Below are positions 58,692 through 64,000 of a stretch of DNA of 64,000 nt, piece by piece. The stretch covers positions 17,495 to 81,494 of the forward strand of contig DAHXOT010000032.1 in the NCBI GenBank assembly GCA_027364735.1, read 5' to 3'. Within the stretch, counting starts at the first letter, position 1; every line of letters begins with the position of its first letter. The notes beneath the pieces are model-generated. The model worked only from the letters and a program-made list of their open reading frames with translations, had not been told where the DNA came from and searched no databases. The position numbers were made by a program, and so were the translations under genes. Source of the DNA: Hydrotalea sp. GTDB taxonomy: Bacteria > Bacteroidota > Bacteroidia > Chitinophagales > Chitinophagaceae.

Positions 58692-59849
58692 ATGAATAAC
58701 TATTGGATAAATGGAAGAACAATAATAGCATTTGTAGCAATTTGCATTGTGAGCGGAACTATTTTTTATTCGAATTATTTATCGAAAAAAATTGCAAAAG
58801 AAGAACGTTTTAAAGTGGAAAGTTGGATTGAAGCTCAAAGAACCATCCTCAAATCATCCGATAGCAGTTCACTAAATTTGGCCATAAAAATATCTTCCGA
58901 AAATCATGATATACCAATTATAGAAACCAACGAAAATGATAGTATTACGGGTAATTATCTAAATCTCGATAGCAATCTTATTAAGAACGATAAAGATTAT
59001 TTACAAAAAAAATTATTTCAATTAAAAAATCAAAATAAACCTATTGTTACGGTAATTTCTCAAACACCGTATGTTGCTAATAAATACTATTATGGAGAAA
59101 GTGTATTATCAAAGCAACTAAAATATTATCCATTCATTCAATTATTAATTATTGCATTATTTGTTTTTTATATTGTTGCCAGTTTACAAATTCATAATAA
59201 AAGCACTCAAAATCAATTATGGGCAGGGCTTGCAAAAGAAACAGCACATCAACTGGGCACACCCGTAACAAGTTTACAAGGCTGGATAGAAGTGCTGAAA
59301 GAAGATACTACCGATAATAAAAAAATTATTAGCGAACTTGAAAAAGATGTACAACGGTTATTATTAATATCTGATAGATTTGGTAAAATTGGAAGTACCC
59401 CACAATTAGAACAAAAAAACCTATTGAGTCAAGTTGAATACATGGTTGATTATATGAAGAAACGGGCCGGTGTTAATGTTGAATTTGAGATAAAAAGTAA
59501 CAAGAAAAGTATAGAAATATTTATTTCCCCACAATTATTTGATTGGGTACTCGAAAATATTTTAAAAAATGCATTAGATGCAATGGAAGGAATTGGTAAA
59601 ATAATTGTTGAAATAAAAGAGGATAATAATGCTGTTATAATTGATATAACCGATACAGGTAAAGGAATTAGTAAACAAAATTTTGAAAAAATATTTAAAC
59701 CGGGTTTTAGTACTAAAAGAAGAGGTTGGGGATTAGGACTAACACTTAGTAAAAGAATTGTTGAGCAATATCATCATGGTAAACTATTGGTACATTTTAG
59801 CGAATTAAATAAAGGAACAACATTTAGAATATTATTGAATAAAGTGTAG
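58692..59849 (+). CDS. Sensor histidine kinase (two TM helices)
   Basis: H box AHQLGTPV, N box NILKNALDA, and G boxes DTGKGI / GWGLGL. Confidence 0.8.
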   Translation: MNNYWINGRTIIAFVAICIVSGTIFYSNYLSKKIAKEERFKVESWIEAQRTILKSSDSSSLNLAIKISSENHDIPIIETNENDSITGNYLNLDSNLIKNDKDYLQKKLFQLKNQNKPIVTVISQTPYVANKYYYGESVLSKQLKYYPFIQLLIIALFVFYIVASLQIHNKSTQNQLWAGLAKETAHQLGTPVTSLQGWIEVLKEDTTDNKKIISELEKDVQRLLLISDRFGKIGSTPQLEQKNLLSQVEYMVDYMKKRAGVNVEFEIKSNKKSIEIFISPQLFDWVLENILKNALDAMEGIGKIIVEIKEDNNAVIIDITDTGKGISKQNFEKIFKPGFSTKRRGWGLGLTLSKRIVEQYHHGKLLVHFSELNKGTTFRILLNKV

Positions 59850-59877
59850 AAGCTAATTATTGAAGTTGCTTCTACAC
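59844..59877. terminator. Hairpin between convergent genes (bidirectional terminator candidate)
   Basis: Perfect 10-bp stem GTGTAGAAGC (59844-59853) / GCTTCTACAC (59868-59877) with a 14-nt loop. Confidence 0.55.
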
Positions 59878-59898
59878 TTACAATTGAATCACTTCAAC

Positions 59899-62286
59899 TT
59901 AATCGGCTTTTTCAAAAGTTAATTTAGTAGATGTTTTAATAATTTCCTCTTTGTTTAATTTCATTTTTCTGAATTCACCTTTCATATACATTTCAGCTTG
60001 ATCTTGATAATGTTTACTGAATGGATTGCCCGATTGACCGGTAGGTAAAATACTCCAACTATTTTCTACATCCGAAAAATCGATTACTCTTCTTGTAGAA
60101 GGACCAGCTTTTACCAAATATTCTCCTTTACCTGTAAAATCGCTTATCATATTATTAATTACTTCATTACTACCGCGAGCTTCAAACGGACCAACATTAA
60201 AATATTTACGCAAAGCTGCTACTTTACCTAATGGATGAGGATACTCTACAATACTCACTTTATTCCACGTCCATTTTGAAATATCATTCCCCGATTTTTT
60301 TTCTAAAAATGAAATAGTTTCTTTAAAAGATTGGGTTAAAATATCGGCTCTGGCTTCTTTTTTATTAGTAGTTGTTACATTATCCCACCAAATTGATTGT
60401 TCATTACTAATTTGTAACGAAATGGCTCTTTTAAGCAAATGAGTTAGTAAAAGTCTATTAAAATTTGTTTCACCCAATTCATCTTCAAAAGTGTTATATA
60501 AATACTGATAAATAAATTTGTTATAAATAGTTGGAGCTACAGATTGCAAACTTGCAGCACCATCCCATGTTTTTAAAATATTCAAGGCGTTTTTTTCATT
60601 AGCTGAAAGTTTAGTTGAATCAATGGCTTTTCCTAATATTTTAATGTTTTTAATTGCCGATAAAGAAACAATATCTGTAATCATTTCACTAACAGCTTGT
60701 TTATCCCAATTATTTCTGGCATTTAATAATTCAGTAATTCTTTCTGCCCTATCTGCCTGAACATAATATCCAGGATATAAAATTCCTGCAATAGAGTCGG
60801 GCTGATTATTGGCAGAATATACATAATTCCATGAAGGATTAACAGCAGAAGGATTTTGAGAAAAGTTGAGAAACTCCGAAATATCATCATTGCCACTAGC
60901 GCCATCTAATACTAAACTTCTATTGGCATTACTTTTAATTTTATATAATTTACCGGTAGCCCACCAACCAACATTTCCTTTATTATCTCCATACATTACA
61001 TTTAAGCCGGGTGCTGCAATTAATGAAGCTCCCTTTTCAAATTCATCTTTATTATTTGCATGAGATATTTGATACACTGCTTCTAATGCTTTTATTGGTT
61101 GCTGTGTGTAAATCCACTGCATAGCTAAAGGAGTTTTTTGATGAATGCCTTCAAGCAAATCATTAATAATAGGCCCATGTCTACTAACTTTCACTTCCAT
61201 CTCCACATCCTTTGCATTTTTAACCTTTATTGTTTTTTTAAAAATAGAGTACTCTTTCCAACCATCGGGAGTTTTGTATTGAGAATTATTAGAAGGATTG
61301 TTTTCTTCTTTATAAAAATCTAAATCATCGTTTTCGAACATCGTTACCCCGTAAGCATATTGATGATTATGACCCAATAAAGGAAATGGCACACCGGCTA
61401 AATGATAACCATACATTTCATAATCGGGGGTTTGAATATGTGCTTCGTACCAAACTGAAGGTTGAGAATACGCTATATGCGGATCGTTAGCAAAAATAAC
61501 TTTACCATTTTTAGTTTTAGACGGTGCAATTACCCAACTATTACTGCCAATAAAAGGCGGTACAGGCGATTGATTAAGAATATTGGCTATGGCTGAAGAT
61601 ATTTCGCCGTAATTAGCTGCTAACCCTTTATAATTTTTTATGAGTGTGGTTTGATTAGTAGGTTCAATACCTAACTCTTTTACATACACATCGCCCAATT
61701 TTTCTTTTATTTCTGTAAGTAATGGATCTGTTTTTTGTGCCATTGCAAAACTAAAAGACATATATCCCAAAACGTTATACACATCTTTCATTTCATACTT
61801 TTCTTTTTTTACACCTAAAAGATAAAATTCTATTGGGGTGGCACCTTTTTCTATAAACTGATTTACGCCATCTAAATAAGCCATAGTTAATTGATATACT
61901 TCTCCATTCTTATCTAAAGCATCAATAGCTTTAGTGGAGGCTTCTTCTATACCTAATCCGGCATAAAACTTATCACTATTTAATGCAATAGCCCCAAATA
62001 ATTCCGATAATCTTCCTGCCGTAATTCTACGCATTAACTCCATTTGCCACAATCTATCCTGTGCGTGTACATACCCTAAAACAGTCATTGCATCTTTTTT
62101 TGTTGGGGCATAAATATGTGGCACACCGTAATCATCAAAATAAACCGTTGTTTCTTTGCTAATATTTTTTAGATGAATTGTACCACCGTAGTTGGGTTTT
62201 AAATGATAGATAAATGCTATAATTACGATAGCAAAAACAATAATAAGAATACCCAAAACTTTAAAAAAGGTTTTAACTATTTTCAT
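59899..62286 (-). CDS. Penicillin acylase family (Ntn-hydrolase) protein
   Basis: 795 aa with a signal anchor, DRLWQME, and a GSNSW autoprocessing-site-like motif (FIGSNSWVI). Confidence 0.8.
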   Translation of the reverse strand: MKIVKTFFKVLGILIIVFAIVIIAFIYHLKPNYGGTIHLKNISKETTVYFDDYGVPHIYAPTKKDAMTVLGYVHAQDRLWQMELMRRITAGRLSELFGAIALNSDKFYAGLGIEEASTKAIDALDKNGEVYQLTMAYLDGVNQFIEKGATPIEFYLLGVKKEKYEMKDVYNVLGYMSFSFAMAQKTDPLLTEIKEKLGDVYVKELGIEPTNQTTLIKNYKGLAANYGEISSAIANILNQSPVPPFIGSNSWVIAPSKTKNGKVIFANDPHIAYSQPSVWYEAHIQTPDYEMYGYHLAGVPFPLLGHNHQYAYGVTMFENDDLDFYKEENNPSNNSQYKTPDGWKEYSIFKKTIKVKNAKDVEMEVKVSRHGPIINDLLEGIHQKTPLAMQWIYTQQPIKALEAVYQISHANNKDEFEKGASLIAAPGLNVMYGDNKGNVGWWATGKLYKIKSNANRSLVLDGASGNDDISEFLNFSQNPSAVNPSWNYVYSANNQPDSIAGILYPGYYVQADRAERITELLNARNNWDKQAVSEMITDIVSLSAIKNIKILGKAIDSTKLSANEKNALNILKTWDGAASLQSVAPTIYNKFIYQYLYNTFEDELGETNFNRLLLTHLLKRAISLQISNEQSIWWDNVTTTNKKEARADILTQSFKETISFLEKKSGNDISKWTWNKVSIVEYPHPLGKVAALRKYFNVGPFEARGSNEVINNMISDFTGKGEYLVKAGPSTRRVIDFSDVENSWSILPTGQSGNPFSKHYQDQAEMYMKGEFRKMKLNKEEIIKTSTKLTFEKAD

Positions 62287-62344
62287 AATGGCAAAATTAT
62301 AATCTGTGAATATATTTTATTTGATGCAAAAAACAACCGCGTTT

Positions 62345-62899
62345 TTAATACCTTAACCAGTTTAACCGAATCATTGCTTCGTATATAGCACCTAATTGAA
62401 CCCCATGTTGTAATTTATTATCGGCAAGTAATTGTATAAATTCCTCCTTCGAAAAGCTTACCACATCAATATCTTCTAAATCATCCAATCGTCTTTTAGT
62501 AATTGGTTGTGCATTTCTTACTAAATAAAAATAAGCCGTACTTGTATTTAATGCAGGGCTAGTAGCTGCTTTAAATAGATATTCAATTTCGGTAGAAACA
62601 TATCCAGTTTCTTCTTCCATTTCTCTCAAAGCCGCTACTGCTGGATCTTCGCCAACTTCAATTACACCTCCGGGCAATTCATAAGTAACTGATTGAATTG
62701 GATGCCTATATTGACGAACTAAAATAATTTTTTCTTCTTGGGTTACAACAATAGTATTACAAAAATCGGGGGCTTCTATAACAAAATATGGTTCAATAAT
62801 TCTGCCATCGGGCAATTGACAAGTATCGGTTTTTACATGTAACCATTTTTTTTCATACACATAATTTGATGATATAATTTTCCAACTTAAATCACGCAT
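62345..62899 (-). CDS. NUDIX hydrolase
   Basis: NUDIX box GGVIEVGEDPAVAALREMEEETG. Confidence 0.8.
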   Translation of the reverse strand: MRDLSWKIISSNYVYEKKWLHVKTDTCQLPDGRIIEPYFVIEAPDFCNTIVVTQEEKIILVRQYRHPIQSVTYELPGGVIEVGEDPAVAALREMEEETGYVSTEIEYLFKAATSPALNTSTAYFYLVRNAQPITKRRLDDLEDIDVVSFSKEEFIQLLADNKLQHGVQLGAIYEAMIRLNWLRY

Positions 62900-62911
62900 A
62901 AAAATTGTTGA

Positions 62912-63475
62912 TTATTGAATGATTATTCTTCCTAATTTTTGCAAGGCAAAGAAGATACATGATAATTGCATTGATTGAATAAATTGTTGTGTTTTTACCA
63001 TGTCAATTAATTCGTTCATAGTTACTAAAAATGTTTCTACATCTTCTTCTGCATCTAAAACTTGTGTAGTATCGAGCACCCCGCCGGTTGCCAAAAACAT
63101 GTGCATTAAATTGGTATTGGTAGTTGGGTTGGGAGATACATTTCCAAGATACTCGAAATTGCTAAACCTGTAACCGGTTTCTTCCAATAACTCTCGTTCA
63201 ACAGCATCTTTAATTGATGCATCGGATTTATCTACACAGCCACCCGGCAATTCTACCGTTACCATATTTAATCCATGACGATAAATTTTTTCTAAAATAA
63301 TTTTTCCATCTTTAGTTAAAGCAACTGCACAAGCATAATCGGGAAAAGTATAAACATAAAATGGCTCAATAATAGAGCCATCGGGTTTTTTACAAATATC
63401 GGCACGTACATCAATCCATTTATCTTTTAATAATTGTGTAGATGAAATTAGTTGCCACTTTAATTCTCTTGCCAT
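62912..63475 (-). CDS. NUDIX hydrolase (tandem paralog)
   Basis: NUDIX box GGCVDKSDASIKDAVERELLEETG. Colinear with the downstream paralog. The ATG at 63475 overlaps the upstream TAA by 1 nt (TAATG). Confidence 0.8.
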   Translation of the reverse strand: MARELKWQLISSTQLLKDKWIDVRADICKKPDGSIIEPFYVYTFPDYACAVALTKDGKIILEKIYRHGLNMVTVELPGGCVDKSDASIKDAVERELLEETGYRFSNFEYLGNVSPNPTTNTNLMHMFLATGGVLDTTQVLDAEEDVETFLVTMNELIDMVKTQQFIQSMQLSCIFFALQKLGRIIIQ

Positions 63476-64000
63476 TACCAATTATTTGCTTCACGAAGTG
63501 AACGAATATGAGCAGTATGATGTTTTCCATGCCATGCATATAAACCTAATAAAAACCATAAGCTCATTTGTCTGCCCGTTTCGGGATGAATAACAATTCT
63601 GTTAAATTGTTCGTCGGTAATATTGTTTAAAATAGCATACCAACGTTGGTGCAAAGCATATAAAAGTGTTATTGACACATTGATAGCAACCTGATTATTG
63701 TCGATTAAATTTGCCCATTCCTTTTCGTTATACGGTTTAATGGTGGGGCTATCTTCTGTTAACCCCAATTTAAATCGTACATAAGCATTAATATGACTAT
63801 CGGCAACATGATGCACTACTTGTTTTACATTCCATCCGCCTTCTCTGTACGGTGTGTTTAATTGAAATTCATCTAAATCAGTTACAGCCATTTCTAATTC
63901 TTTGGGTAAAAATTGAATATCGGCTAACCATTTTTCTTTTTGTTCAGTAGAAAATATTTGAGGTTCATATTTACCAATGGGATAACGTGGATCGTTTGAC
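63475..64000 (-). CDS. DinB/YfiT-like metal-dependent (bacillithiol transferase-like) protein, 5' end outside the window
   Basis: The open frame continues upstream of the ATG at 63891 to the window edge (..DPRYPIGKYEPQ...). VHHVADSH and WHGKHHTAHI are His motifs of the DinB fold. Confidence 0.7.
   Translation of the reverse strand, partial: SNDPRYPIGKYEPQIFSTEQKEKWLADIQFLPKELEMAVTDLDEFQLNTPYREGGWNVKQVVHHVADSHINAYVRFKLGLTEDSPTIKPYNEKEWANLIDNNQVAINVSITLLYALHQRWYAILNNITDEQFNRIVIHPETGRQMSLWFLLGLYAWHGKHHTAHIRSLREANNW

Overview
AT-rich chromosomal segment that looks like a member of Bacteroidota. Supporting signs are TTTG / TAnnTTTG-type promoter boxes, DUF3810/DUF3347/DUF1684 proteins, bacillithiol-associated ytxJ and yfiT-like genes, and 47-nt CRISPR repeats. 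About 60 tightly packed genes are mostly housekeeping: yceD-rpmF-plsX, cystathionine beta-synthase, an ABC-F ATPase, fbaA and fbaB, accD, smpB, pdhA, a 2-oxoacid dehydrogenase E2, ribH, ribF, ychF, cinA, mpl, ftsE, purM, holA, two-component sensors and a penicillin acylase. The only clearly accessory region is 19.5-28.0 kb, a type II-C CRISPR-Cas9 locus. It contains a predicted tracrRNA (minus strand, divergent from cas9), cas9 (1507 aa), an unexpected RAYT/IS200-superfamily Y1 (HUH) transposase-like gene packed between cas9 and cas1, then cas1, cas2, a bidirectional terminator, and an array of 23 repeats of 47 nt with 22 spacers. Both the transposase-like gene and cas1 carry a single in-frame stop codon, while all their recognisable catalytic motifs are intact. 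The anti-repeat shows that crRNAs are read from the minus strand, antisense to the cas operon, and each repeat carries a Bacteroidota-type promoter-like motif. Two spacers target homologous coding sequence that differs mainly at synonymous positions, and one spacer is duplicated. All product calls come from motif and sequence recognition by eye. No database search, HMM or folding program was run.
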